Shown in pieces: positions 1 through 9,513 of a DNA stretch of 64,000 bases (its first letter is position 1; each line of letters opens with the position of its first letter). Origin of the DNA: an uncultured Methanosarcinales archaeon (GTDB taxonomy: Archaea > Nanobdellota > Nanobdellia > Woesearchaeales > GW2011-AR15); NCBI GenBank assembly GCA_964392465.1, contig CAYMPC010000001.1:5481-69480 (forward strand), written 5' to 3'. The position numbers and the translations under genes were made by a program. The notes below the pieces were generated by a model, which was given only the letters and a program-made list of their open reading frames with translations, ran no database searches and was not told the origin of the DNA.

Positions 1-23
1 AAAAAAGAGGGGTGGGTGAAAAA

Positions 24-842
24 ATGATAGTTAAAGATGAATTTCTTAGCAAATTAAGAAGATATTTCAATTTAAACTTGTATGAAGTAAAAATTTGGGC
101 AGCTTTATTATCCAGAGGCGTATCTACAGCAGGGGAACTTTCCGATATAGCGAATGTTCCAAGATCAAGATCATATGATGTTCTAGAAACCCTAGAAAAA
201 AAAGGGTTTGTTGTAATGAAAGTAGGCAAACCTATAAAATATATTGCTGTTCCTCCTGCAGAAGTGGTTGAAAGAGTTAAAAAGAACGTAAGGAAGGATG
301 CAGAAGAATCTGTTAAAAGGCTCGAAAGCCTAAAAAACACAGATGTACTTCAAGAGTTATCCGCATTACATACACAAGGCGTTGAATTAATAGAACCAAG
401 CGAGTTAAGTGGAAGTTTAAGAGGCAGACATAACCTTTATAATCATTTGGAAATGACCATAAAAGAAGCAGAAAAATCTGTCATAATAATGTCAACAGAG
501 CAGGGCTTTTTAAGAAAAATAGAAGCCTTTTCGCCAGTTTTTGAAGAATTAATTAAAAGGGGAGTAAAAATAAGGATTGCCGCTCCAATATCAAAAGAAA
601 ATGAAAAACAGGCAAAAGAGCTTTCAAAATTTGCTGAAGTAAGAAATACAAAGACAAAAGCAAGATTTGTTGTTGTGGATAACGAAGAACTGATATTTAT
701 GGTTACAAACGATACAGAAGTACATCCAACCTATGATATTGGTATTTGGGTAAATACACCTTTCTTTGCATCTGCATTAGGAGAATTATTTGACTTAGCG
801 TGGAAAGAAATGAAGCCTTTGGAAGCAGTAAAGAAAAATTAA
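24..842 (+). CDS. TrmB-family transcriptional regulator (N-terminal winged HTH)
   Basis: N-terminus LYEVKIWAALLSRGVSTAGELSDIANVPRSRSYDVLETLEKKGFV is a TrmB-type HTH. The track ORF begins at GTG 12. ATG at 24 follows a GAGGGGTGGGTGA ribosome-binding site. Confidence 0.7.
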   Translation: MIVKDEFLSKLRRYFNLNLYEVKIWAALLSRGVSTAGELSDIANVPRSRSYDVLETLEKKGFVVMKVGKPIKYIAVPPAEVVERVKKNVRKDAEESVKRLESLKNTDVLQELSALHTQGVELIEPSELSGSLRGRHNLYNHLEMTIKEAEKSVIIMSTEQGFLRKIEAFSPVFEELIKRGVKIRIAAPISKENEKQAKELSKFAEVRNTKTKARFVVVDNEELIFMVTNDTEVHPTYDIGIWVNTPFFASALGELFDLAWKEMKPLEAVKKN

Positions 843-848
843 AAAATT

Positions 849-1259
849 TTATTCTTTTTTTGTTTCTTTTGATTTTGTTGCTTTTTTTGGTTTAGTTGTT
901 TCTTTTTTTTCAGTTTTCTGTGGTTTTTCTTTTTTTGTTTCTTTTTCTTTTATTACTGTTTTTTCTGTAACTTGTTCCAGCTTTTTCACTTTTTTTGGTT
1001 TTTGTTTGCTCTCTTTAGTCTTAGGTTCAATTACCTCAATTTCTTCTTTTTTAAGAGCATCTATTATTTCTGTATGTGAAGCACTCTTCTTTATTTTAAG
1101 AACTTTATTTAAGGGTTCTAGATGTTTTACATTACATCTTTTTCTTCTTGTTTGTCCATCAATTAAAACAAAGCAACCATCTAGAATTTCTAGAATAACA
1201 GCTTTTTTGCCGGCATCTCTTCCAGCTATCTTTACACATAATCTACCTATTTCAATCAT
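849..1259 (-). CDS. rpl14e: 50S ribosomal protein L14e (KOW fold) with long Lys-rich C-terminal tail
   Basis: IEIGRLCVKIAGRDAGKKAVI KOW motif typical of L14e. The C-terminal ~60 aa are K/E/T-rich low complexity. Confidence 0.65.
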   Translation of the reverse strand: MIEIGRLCVKIAGRDAGKKAVILEILDGCFVLIDGQTRRKRCNVKHLEPLNKVLKIKKSASHTEIIDALKKEEIEVIEPKTKESKQKPKKVKKLEQVTEKTVIKEKETKKEKPQKTEKKETTKPKKATKSKETKKE

Positions 1260-1319
1260 TTTCTTTCACCTCGATCTCTTATTTTATTTTTAATGTGTTG
1301 TCGCCAATCACAAAAGAGA

Positions 1320-1586
1320 TTACACTCTTGACTGTTCCTTAATTGCTTTTCTAGAACAACTTGAGCATAAATATCCACCAAACTTTCTTTCAGGCCTTTT
1401 TTTGGAAATACTTGTTTTTTTTAACTTAAAATCTCTTCCTTTTGACATCCCTTTCAATTCCTTTTTGCATATTGCACAGGAAGGTAGTTTATTATTTCTT
1501 CTAACATGATGAATAACTACTTTTCCACCGGGTAACTTTTTATTTACCCTTCTGAATGTTCTCGACCTGAATCTTGGTGCTGGCAT
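1320..1586 (-). CDS. rpl34e: 50S ribosomal protein L34e
   Basis: MPAPRFRSRTFRRVNKKLPGG plus C-x2-C...C-x2-C zinc motif. Start moved to the internal ATG (1586), which has a TTTATAAA box about 25 nt upstream on the coding strand. Confidence 0.7.
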   Translation of the reverse strand: MPAPRFRSRTFRRVNKKLPGGKVVIHHVRRNNKLPSCAICKKELKGMSKGRDFKLKKTSISKKRPERKFGGYLCSSCSRKAIKEQSRV

Positions 1587-1661
1587 AGTTTCTTGGAAAA
1601 AAAGATGATTTATAAAGATATCGTTAAGGTTAAGAGAAAACATACCAATAGAAAGAACGCC

Positions 1662-2468
1662 TCAATAAATATCAAGAAGTTTCCTAAGAACCATGCTAAA
1701 AATTAAAGAGAAGGCAATATAAACACCAAACCAACTCCATCCGCCAACCCAAGGTATCTCTTTTATTACAGGAACATCTTCAAAAGGAATAATCTTTCTG
1801 TTGTTAATCGTGATCTTGTTTAATCCATTCTCTTCAGATCCTGAAAAAAATAAGAAGTTTTTCCTAAAATCTTTCTCTACTGCAGCATATTCTCTCTTTT
1901 CAGAGATAATTACCTCTTTTACATAAGCTTTATCTTTATAATTCAAAACTATATTTTCTTCTACTTGGTTGTTAGCAAAAATCTCCCACGTAACTTCCCT
2001 TTTTATTTCTTTTGTAATGCTTTCTCCATCTGACAAATAGAAGGGTTCAGGGAGACTTATTGAAATATTCCCTTCTGCTTTCTCATCAAATAAAACAGTC
2101 AAAACAAAAGGTTGGCCAGGCATAATAGGATAATACCCTAAATGAGAGTTAAGCCATCCAAAAACAAGTAAAATAGGGATAAAAGTGTATAACGTAGGTT
2201 TCATAGAATGACTCATATAAGTCATATTTATTTCCATAAATCTTGAATTTATTTTGGTTAATTTTTTAGGATTATTCCTGTGTTCTTTCATCTCTTTCTG
2301 GAGTTTTTTCTGTTCTTCTCTTATCTCTTTCATCAACTTTTGATTTGTCAAAAATTTAATAGCAAAAGTTATTATCAACGAGAGAATAAGTGAAATTAAG
2401 ATAATTGCTATTGCAGGGTGAATATATAATAACCATCCAAGTATTGGATCTAAAAAGGAACTAGCCAT
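1662..2468 (-). CDS. membrane protein, DUF106/EMC3-TMCO1-like (archaeal Oxa1/YidC-like insertase candidate)
   Basis: N-terminal TM helix followed by a charged coiled-coil (KEIREEQKKLQKEMKEHR) and a C-terminal TM helix. This architecture resembles archaeal DUF106 proteins and it sits next to r-protein genes. Assigned from architecture only. Confidence 0.4.
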   Translation of the reverse strand: MASSFLDPILGWLLYIHPAIAIILISLILSLIITFAIKFLTNQKLMKEIREEQKKLQKEMKEHRNNPKKLTKINSRFMEINMTYMSHSMKPTLYTFIPILLVFGWLNSHLGYYPIMPGQPFVLTVLFDEKAEGNISISLPEPFYLSDGESITKEIKREVTWEIFANNQVEENIVLNYKDKAYVKEVIISEKREYAAVEKDFRKNFLFFSGSEENGLNKITINNRKIIPFEDVPVIKEIPWVGGWSWFGVYIAFSLIFSMVLRKLLDIY

Positions 2469-2563
2469 TTACCAAAAGAAAAGATGGAGATATATAAAAG
2501 TTTAGGAAAAGAGGAAAAGGTACAAGTATAAGTTATATAAACAAAATTACATTCTTTCTTATA

Positions 2564-4756
2564 ATGATTAAAGACTTTGAGCCAAGATTATATCAGCAGA
2601 CTATCTTAGCGACAGCAGCAGTAAAAAACACACTAGTTGTATTGCCCACAGGATTAGGAAAAACATATATTTTTCTTTTATTAGCTGCGCAAAGGTTTAA
2701 ACAGTATCCTAACTCAAAAATCTTATTATTGGGACCAACCAGACCCTTAATTAACCAATATTATGAGCTTTTTTTGAAACATTTTGACATTGAAAAAGAA
2801 AAAATGGTTGTTTTCACAGGGTTAGTTAGCCCTGAAAAAAGAGAAAGGCTATGGAAGGATGCAAAAATAATATTTTCAACACCGCAAGGCTTGGAAAATG
2901 ATATTATCTCTAATAAAATAAATCTTGAGGAAGTATCTCTTTTGGGATTTGATGAAGCACATAGGGCATCAGGAGATTATCCATATGGTTGGATTGCGCA
3001 GCAATACTTTAAAAAATCAAAAACCCCTAGAATCTTAGCATTGACAGCCAGCCCAGGGTCAGATATAGAAAAAATATCAGAAGTATGCAAAGTACTTCAT
3101 ATAGACGAAATAGAAATAAGAACAGAAAATGATCCAGATGTAAAACAATATATACAGAAAGTAGATATAAAGTGGATTTATGTTGAATTGCCAAAACATT
3201 TCAAAGAAGTACAAAAACATCTTAAGGATTGCTTTAATTATAAATTATCTAACCTAAAGGAAATAAACCGAGAAATAAAAAAAGAAATATCTACAAAAAG
3301 AGATTTGCTTGAATTACAGTCTAATATCTTATCTGAGATTTCTCACGGGAATAAAGATTACGAGATAATGAAAAGTCTTTCTTTAATTGCAGAACTAATT
3401 AAAGTAGAGCATTGTCTTGAATTATTGGAAAGCCAAGGAATATCTCCTTTACTTGAATTTATGGAAGGACTTGTCTCAAAAGCACAGACAACAAAAGTAA
3501 TGGCAGTTAAAAATCTTGTAATTGATTTAAATTTTAAAACAGCTTTGATAATAACAAGAAAACTAAAAGATATGAATATTGAACATCCTAAATATGAGGA
3601 ACTAAAAAGAATTCTTCCTTTATATGCAAAACATCAAAATAAAAAAGTAATAATCTTTAGTCAGTATAGAGATTCGATTTCTAGTCTGGCTTCTGTAGTA
3701 AATAAAATACAAGGAGTAAATGCAAAGATTTTTGTAGGTCAGCAAAAAAAAAAAGATACAGGGCTAAGTCAAAAAGAACAGATACAGCTCATATCTCAAT
3801 TCAAAAATAATGATTTTAATGTTATGATTATGTCTAGTGTTGGGGAAGAAGGCCTCGATATTCCTTCTGTTGACTGCGTAATCTTCTATGAGCCTGTACC
3901 TAGTGCAATCAGAACAATCCAAAGGAGAGGAAGAACAGGAAGACAGGAAGAAGGAGAAGTGATTGTTTTAGTTGCAAAGGGAACAAGAGATGAAGCATAT
4001 CGGTGGGCATCTTATCATAAAGAAAAAAGAATGCATGATATTCTTTTACAACTAAAAAAAAGATTTAACCCCATTAAAATAGAAAAAAAACTTTCAGAGT
4101 TTATAATGCCTGAAGAAGGGATAGAGATATATGCAGACTATCGAGAAAAAAGCTCCGGCATAATAAAAAAAATGGTTGATTTGGGCATAAAAATAAATCT
4201 AAAGGCATTAGATATAGGAGATTATTTGCTCAGTTCAAGACTGTGTGTTGAGCATAAAACAATTTCGGATTTTATAGACTCTTTAATAGACAAAAGGTTT
4301 TTTACTCAGCTTAAAGATATGAAAAAATATGAAAGGCAATTAATTCTTTTAGAAGGAGAAGAAGATCTATATGCGCAAAGAAAACTTCATCCTAATGCAA
4401 TAAGGGGCATGTTATCTACTATTTGTGTTGATTATGGCATCCCAATATTAACAGTAAAAAACACAGAGGAAGCGGCATTATTATTAGCGATGATTGCAAA
4501 AAGAGAACAAAGTTCTGAAAACAGGGAATTTACATTTCATAGTTCAAAACCATTGACATTGAAGCAACAGCAGGAATATATTATTTCAGCATTGCCCGGA
4601 GTTGGCTCAGTTCTGTCTAAACCATTATTAAAAAAATTTGGGTCTGTAAAGAAGGTAATAACTGCAAAAGAGGCAGAATTAAAAGAAGTTGAATTAATAG
4701 GAGAAAAAAAAGCGTCAAATATAAGAGAAGTGCTTGATTCAGAATACAAAGAATAA
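2564..4756 (+). CDS. hef: Hef helicase-nuclease (SF2 helicase + ERCC4/XPF nuclease + HhH2)
   Basis: Walker A LPTGLGKTY, DEAH box (GFDEAHRA), helicase-C motif QRRGRTGR, ERCC4 signature GDY...ERK (LDIGDYLL...YERQLILLEGEE), C-terminal HhH2 (LPGVGSVLSKPLLKKFGSV). Confidence 0.85.
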   Translation: MIKDFEPRLYQQTILATAAVKNTLVVLPTGLGKTYIFLLLAAQRFKQYPNSKILLLGPTRPLINQYYELFLKHFDIEKEKMVVFTGLVSPEKRERLWKDAKIIFSTPQGLENDIISNKINLEEVSLLGFDEAHRASGDYPYGWIAQQYFKKSKTPRILALTASPGSDIEKISEVCKVLHIDEIEIRTENDPDVKQYIQKVDIKWIYVELPKHFKEVQKHLKDCFNYKLSNLKEINREIKKEISTKRDLLELQSNILSEISHGNKDYEIMKSLSLIAELIKVEHCLELLESQGISPLLEFMEGLVSKAQTTKVMAVKNLVIDLNFKTALIITRKLKDMNIEHPKYEELKRILPLYAKHQNKKVIIFSQYRDSISSLASVVNKIQGVNAKIFVGQQKKKDTGLSQKEQIQLISQFKNNDFNVMIMSSVGEEGLDIPSVDCVIFYEPVPSAIRTIQRRGRTGRQEEGEVIVLVAKGTRDEAYRWASYHKEKRMHDILLQLKKRFNPIKIEKKLSEFIMPEEGIEIYADYREKSSGIIKKMVDLGIKINLKALDIGDYLLSSRLCVEHKTISDFIDSLIDKRFFTQLKDMKKYERQLILLEGEEDLYAQRKLHPNAIRGMLSTICVDYGIPILTVKNTEEAALLLAMIAKREQSSENREFTFHSSKPLTLKQQQEYIISALPGVGSVLSKPLLKKFGSVKKVITAKEAELKEVELIGEKKASNIREVLDSEYKE

Positions 4757-4757
4757 T

Positions 4758-5000
4758 TTAATTCATGTCATCATCAGCAGAAAAAATAGGCTCAATGCTT
4801 TTAATTCCTTCCATGACTCTTAACTTATTCCTTACAAATTTTCTGAATTCAGAAGAATCAGCAGTTTCTATCTTAGCTATAATATCATATCTTCCAAATA
4901 CTTCATGGACCTCTTTCATCTCATCAAATTTAGACAAGGCAGCTTTTACTATTCCTATTTTACCGTGCTCTGCCCTTAACAAGAGATAAACTAGTGTCAT
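4758..5000 (-). CDS. stand-alone Lrp/AsnC C-terminal (RAM) ligand-binding domain protein
   Basis: 80 aa with the beta-alpha-beta-beta-alpha-beta pattern and conserved residues of the AsnC C-terminal domain (VKAALSKFDEMKEVHEVFGRYDIIAKIE). No HTH. Confidence 0.6.
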   Translation of the reverse strand: MTLVYLLLRAEHGKIGIVKAALSKFDEMKEVHEVFGRYDIIAKIETADSSEFRKFVRNKLRVMEGIKSIEPIFSADDDMN

Positions 5001-5029
5001 AATTATCTTAATTTCTGTTTTATATAAAA

Positions 5030-5533
5030 ATGTTTTTAAAGAAAAAACAATTAATCTATATTATGAAAATTGTTGAGCTTCATAGAGAAAACATAAATCA
5101 AATATTGGCGCTAGATACAAACCACACACCAAAAAGGCCGCAATATTCTAGATACTCAAAAAAAGATATTCAATATTTATTTGATAATCCTGATAAATGT
5201 AAATGCTTTGGAATTTTTGACAAAAAAAAGCTAATAGGATATAGCGGATACAGAGCAGATTGGAGTTCATATGGCTCAAGCAAAGAAGGAAAATATGAAA
5301 TTTGTGCATTAGTTGTTCACAAAAAATATAGAAAAAAAGGGCTTGGTAAAAAATTATTTTTATACACTATTCAACAACTAAAAAGGAACGTTCATCCAAA
5401 AGAAATTTATTTGTCTGTTTCACAGTATAATCTCTCCGCACTTACTCTCTACTTAAAAAATGGTTTTATAATATTTGACTTTAAGAAAAAAATATTTGAT
5501 AATCTAGATAGGCTTTATTTAAAATTAGAATAA
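5030..5533 (+). CDS. GNAT family N-acetyltransferase
   Basis: Acetyl-CoA binding motif ALVVHKKYRKKGLGKKLF. The true start may be ATG 5063. A TTATATAAAAA box lies at 5021-5031. Confidence 0.65.
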   Translation: MFLKKKQLIYIMKIVELHRENINQILALDTNHTPKRPQYSRYSKKDIQYLFDNPDKCKCFGIFDKKKLIGYSGYRADWSSYGSSKEGKYEICALVVHKKYRKKGLGKKLFLYTIQQLKRNVHPKEIYLSVSQYNLSALTLYLKNGFIIFDFKKKIFDNLDRLYLKLE

Positions 5534-5597
5534 ATAGATTATTTCTATATTATGAGACACAGCAAATTTTAAATACTTTTCCTATTTAGAAAAAAAC

Positions 5598-6095
5598 ATG
5601 TCAGAAAAAAAATTAAAAATAGGTTGGTTCTCTTTTTCATGTTGTGAAGATTCTACTATTGTGTTTGTGGAATTGATGAATGACAATTATTTCAAATGGA
5701 AAGAGCTTGTTGAATTTAGGCATGTTCGTGTTCTTAAATCTAAAAATGAGCTTTCTGATATAGATGTTGCGTTTGTAGAGGGTGCCATAGCTACAGAAAA
5801 AGACGAAGAATATGTTAAACAAATCAGGGCAGTGTCAAAAAAGCTTGTTGCGATAGGCGCATGTGCAGTCCAAGGAAATCCTTCTGCGCAAAGAAATGAA
5901 TTTAATGATGCAAAAAAGAACAAGATACAAGAGTATATTATAAGGTGGGGGCTGAATCAAAAGGTCAAAACTTTAAAAGAAGTAGTCAAAGTAGATGATG
6001 AAGTAGATGGTTGCCCTATGAGTGAGGAACATTTTTTAGCAGTCTTAAATAAATATTTAAAAGAGTTTGGTATTGTCGGTGAAGGAAATGCATAA
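5598..6095 (+). CDS. [NiFe]-hydrogenase small subunit, minimal NuoB-like form (proximal Fe-S cluster only)
   Basis: CCxxE-type motif (FSFSCCEDS), VAIGACAVQGNP and DGCP motifs matching proximal-cluster ligands. Only 165 aa with no ferredoxin-like C-terminal domain. Overlaps the large-subunit gene start. Confidence 0.7.
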   Translation: MSEKKLKIGWFSFSCCEDSTIVFVELMNDNYFKWKELVEFRHVRVLKSKNELSDIDVAFVEGAIATEKDEEYVKQIRAVSKKLVAIGACAVQGNPSAQRNEFNDAKKNKIQEYIIRWGLNQKVKTLKEVVKVDDEVDGCPMSEEHFLAVLNKYLKEFGIVGEGNA

Positions 6096-7377
6096 TGTAG
6101 ATATTGATTTAACTATTGATCATTTAAGTAAGATAGAAGGACACGGAGAGCTGGACTTGAAAGTAAGAGAAGGAAAGGTTGAGCACATCCATTTCAAAAT
6201 AACAGAAAACAAAAGATTTTATACAACTGCAATAGAAGGAAAGCCTTTTATTGCTGCACCATCCTTGATGTCAAGGATATGTGGTACGTGTAGCATTGCA
6301 CATCTTCTCTGTTGCATTACTTCAATAGAAAAAGCACTTGATTATAAACCTTCAGAACAAATTCAAATTTTAAGAAAGCTAACAATGTATTCTTTAATGA
6401 TAAGAGATCATGCACTCCATTTATATTTTTTCTCGCTCCCAGACGTTTTAGGAAAAGATTCTATTCTTGATTTTGATGACAAAGATACCTTTGAACATGA
6501 CTTAGTCCATCAGGCATTTGAGATAAAAGCAGCAGGTAACAATTTATCAAAATTAATAGCTGGAAAAGCAGTCCATGCACCCTTTCCAATGGTAGGAGGA
6601 TTTACTCATTTTCCTGATAAAGAAGGGATAAAAAAATCAATAGAAGAATTAAAAAGAATAAGGCGTTATGTTTTCAATATAATTAAAGTATTCGAGAACT
6701 GGAATGCAAGGCTTGAGAGAGAAACAACGTTTGTTGCACAAATAACAAATGATTTTAGTTTCATTGGTGGTAATATAAAAACATCTAAAGGTCTCATAAT
6801 TGATGAATCTTCTTATACAGAACACCTTGAAAAGGTAGTTATTCCTTACTCTACTTCAACGGGATATAAATTTGAGGAAGGAAATTACTTTGTTGGAGCA
6901 CTGGCTAGATTGAATTTGAATAAAGAAGCGTTGCATCCAAATACAAAAAGAGATGCAGCTGCATTCCTCGCTCTTTTTCCTAGTAAAAATGTATTTTACA
7001 ATAACTTAGCACAGGCAATAGAGATATTACATTCAATAGATCATTCTATAGAACTTTTGGAAAAAACAGAATTTCTGCCAGAGAGATTAAACCTAATAAA
7101 ATCAAAAAAAGGTTCTGGCGTAGGTGTGATTGAAGCTCCAAGAGGGACATTATATTATAAAGTTGATATAAATGAATCAGGGATGATAGAGCATGCAGAT
7201 GTAATTGTGCCAACACAGCAAAATCAGATTAATATAGAAAATGACATAAAAACCTTTGTAGAAAACAATTTAGATATGGAAAAAGACAATATGGCATTGG
7301 AAATAGAAAAAATAATAAGAGCATATGATCCATGTATGAGCTGTGCTACTCACTTTCTGAAAATAAACTGGTTATAA
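6088..7377 (+). CDS. [NiFe]-hydrogenase large subunit
   Basis: N-terminal L1 motif RICGTCSIAH and C-terminal L2 motif DPCMSCATH followed by a short extension (FLKINWL) typical of the protease-cleaved C-terminus. ATG 6088 has a GGTGAAGGAA ribosome-binding site and overlaps the small-subunit stop (6093-6095). Confidence 0.85.
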   Translation: MHNVDIDLTIDHLSKIEGHGELDLKVREGKVEHIHFKITENKRFYTTAIEGKPFIAAPSLMSRICGTCSIAHLLCCITSIEKALDYKPSEQIQILRKLTMYSLMIRDHALHLYFFSLPDVLGKDSILDFDDKDTFEHDLVHQAFEIKAAGNNLSKLIAGKAVHAPFPMVGGFTHFPDKEGIKKSIEELKRIRRYVFNIIKVFENWNARLERETTFVAQITNDFSFIGGNIKTSKGLIIDESSYTEHLEKVVIPYSTSTGYKFEEGNYFVGALARLNLNKEALHPNTKRDAAAFLALFPSKNVFYNNLAQAIEILHSIDHSIELLEKTEFLPERLNLIKSKKGSGVGVIEAPRGTLYYKVDINESGMIEHADVIVPTQQNQINIENDIKTFVENNLDMEKDNMALEIEKIIRAYDPCMSCATHFLKINWL

Positions 7378-7744
7378 TTTTTTTTATTTCTGAAACCGCC
7401 TTTTTTTCTTCAATTTTTTCAGGAACACATATAATATTAACCTTGTTAATCATCCCAAATTTTTTCATCAATTTTAGATTATAGCCAAGATCAAAATCAT
7501 GTAAAGAGCATATCTTTTGTGTTTCAATTTTTTTAATATCATTTAAAAGTACCACTTCATTAATATCAATAACAGTGTCAATAATAGTTAAATTTTTGTT
7601 TTCTGGATTTATTTCCTCGCTTGGATCCATTTCTATGAATTCAAATTTAGGCATCTCTTTCTTTAGTAAAGGAATTAATCTTATAGGGAGAGAATCTTTT
7701 TCAATAAGGAGATTACCAAAAACATAAACTTTTTCTGTTTTCAT
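7346..7744 (-). CDS. hydrogenase maturation endopeptidase (HycI/HybD family)
   Basis: 132 aa. N-terminal VFGNLLIEKDSLPIRL resembles the GNxLxxDDGxG motif of hydrogenase maturation proteases. Positioned immediately after the large subunit and convergently overlapping its last 32 nt. Confidence 0.55.
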   Translation of the reverse strand: MKTEKVYVFGNLLIEKDSLPIRLIPLLKKEMPKFEFIEMDPSEEINPENKNLTIIDTVIDINEVVLLNDIKKIETQKICSLHDFDLGYNLKLMKKFGMINKVNIICVPEKIEEKKAVSEIKKIITSLFSESE

Positions 7745-7812
7745 TGTCTTTACTTCAATTTAAATTAAAGCAAACCAAAACTATTAAAACTTTTTCTTAA
7801 TTCACATTACAA

Positions 7813-8736
7813 ATGATATGTGTAATAGCTTTAGTTGTTTTTGGAATTTTAGGGATATTTAGCGCAAGCTATAGGAAATTAGCAGCAAAAGCATTTGACT
7901 GCGTTTTCAGGAGAATTACATTAAGACCTTGCCAAGCAGGAGTAGACCAACAGCTCAGGACAGGTATTTTATCTTATTTTTCAAAAAAGAATGTAAAAGT
8001 AGCAAGGCTTATTGCTAAACATTTTGAGATAATATCATGGTTTTTCACTATTCTTCTTGTCTTATCTATAATATTTAGTATAAGAGGAATCTATTTTTAT
8101 GTTGTATATGGTAATTGTAATGGAGAAGACACTAACCAGTTTTGCATATTTGATGCTTTGCATCCTAACGAAGCAACATGTGAAGATCCAAACCTACCCC
8201 AAAACAAAAATTTTTCAATTACACCTTCTGTAGATGATGATCCTTTTTTTGGTCTTGAAGATGCGAAAGTGACAATAATTGAATTTGGATGCTATTCATG
8301 TCCCTATACAAAAAAAGCAGAACCTATTGTAAAAGAGATATTAAAAAATTATGAAGGTAAAATAAGGTTTGTTTATAGGGATTTTCATATTCCAACACAC
8401 CCTGGTTCGGATATAAGGGCAGTTGCGGCAGAATGTGCAAAGGAGCAAGGTAAATATTGGGAGTATCATGATCTTCTTTTTGAAAATCAAGAACAAAATT
8501 TGACAATTTTAGAATTAAAGCAAATGGCAAAAAGTCTTGGCTTAAATGACGGGTTTGATGTTTGTTTAGATAACATGAAATATTTAAATGAGACAATTAA
8601 AGATTTTGATGATGGAAAACTTGCAGGTGTATACGGAACACCAACATTTTTTATAAACAATCAAGTAGTTGTTGGTTCTAAACCATATGTTTATTTTAAA
8701 AATATTATTGAAAGCGAACTAAAAAAATCTCCATAA
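7813..8736 (+). CDS. membrane-anchored thioredoxin-fold thiol:disulfide oxidoreductase (DsbA-like domain with Cys-rich N-terminal membrane region)
   Basis: Two N-terminal TM helices with Cys pairs (CVFRRITLRPC, CNGEDTNQFC), then a DsbA-like domain with CxxC (FGCYSCPYT) and a cis-Pro region (YGTPTFFIN). Confidence 0.55.
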   Translation: MICVIALVVFGILGIFSASYRKLAAKAFDCVFRRITLRPCQAGVDQQLRTGILSYFSKKNVKVARLIAKHFEIISWFFTILLVLSIIFSIRGIYFYVVYGNCNGEDTNQFCIFDALHPNEATCEDPNLPQNKNFSITPSVDDDPFFGLEDAKVTIIEFGCYSCPYTKKAEPIVKEILKNYEGKIRFVYRDFHIPTHPGSDIRAVAAECAKEQGKYWEYHDLLFENQEQNLTILELKQMAKSLGLNDGFDVCLDNMKYLNETIKDFDDGKLAGVYGTPTFFINNQVVVGSKPYVYFKNIIESELKKSP

Positions 8737-8740
8737 ACCT

Positions 8741-9463
8741 TCAAAGATAAGAGTATATTTTATTGCAAGCAGGGCAATTTTTTCTCTTTTTTACTTTAAT
8801 CTTGTCAAATGCATTTTTCCATATATCAAACCGTATTAATTTTTTTTCATACTCTTTTTTCATTAATATCTTCAAAGTTTCATTAACCATTAAGCTTCCT
8901 ATTATAGCAGAATTGGTATTTAATATACCTGAATTATTACAGTTAAAGCAAGATTCTTTATCAAAGACACATGAAAAACAAGGGTTTCCCGAAATAACAT
9001 TGAAAACATAACCAGTATCTCCTGCAACCATTCCTGTTATAAATGGAATTTTATTTTTTAGACAAAAGTCATTTAAAAGAAACCTACTTACAAGATTGTC
9101 GGTGCATCCTAAAATAATATTGTGCTTTTTAATTAAACGAAATATGTTTTTTGAAGAGATATGCTCTCTAATTATATTAATCTCTATTTCGGAATTTATT
9201 TTTGATAATTTCTGTTTTGCACATGCTACTTTTGATTTTCCTATATCTTTTTCATCAAAAAGCACCTGTCTTTGAAGATTATTTAGTACTACCTTATCTT
9301 GGTCTATTAAAGTTAATTTTCCAATTCCTGCCCTAGTAAGTAATTCAGAGCAAACACCTCCTAATGCCCCTATACCAACAACGCAGACAGAACTTTTCAA
9401 TAATCTTAACTGGCCCATCTTTCCGATATTTTTATATAGTAGCTGTCTTGAATACCTATCCAT
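8741..9463 (-). CDS. ThiF/MoeB/HesA-family E1-like adenylyltransferase
   Basis: RYSRQL start, Rossmann VVGIGALGG, and a C-terminal CxxC...CxxC zinc site (CFSC...CPAC). Confidence 0.8.
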   Translation of the reverse strand: MDRYSRQLLYKNIGKMGQLRLLKSSVCVVGIGALGGVCSELLTRAGIGKLTLIDQDKVVLNNLQRQVLFDEKDIGKSKVACAKQKLSKINSEIEINIIREHISSKNIFRLIKKHNIILGCTDNLVSRFLLNDFCLKNKIPFITGMVAGDTGYVFNVISGNPCFSCVFDKESCFNCNNSGILNTNSAIIGSLMVNETLKILMKKEYEKKLIRFDIWKNAFDKIKVKKRKNCPACNKIYSYL

Positions 9464-9513
9464 AAAAATATAAAAAAGGGATAGGTTTTTATTTTTTAGG
9501 AAAACCTTTTAAA

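Noticed and set aside
4537-4989. ORFs 4537..4749(-) and 4765..4989(+)
   Set aside because: They overlap the Hef C-terminus and the Lrp/AsnC RAM-domain gene on opposite strands. They have no motifs and their composition is that of mirror frames.
5637-5923. Minus-strand ORFs within the hydrogenase small-subunit gene
   Set aside because: Antisense to a gene with conserved Fe-S ligating motifs. Not credible.
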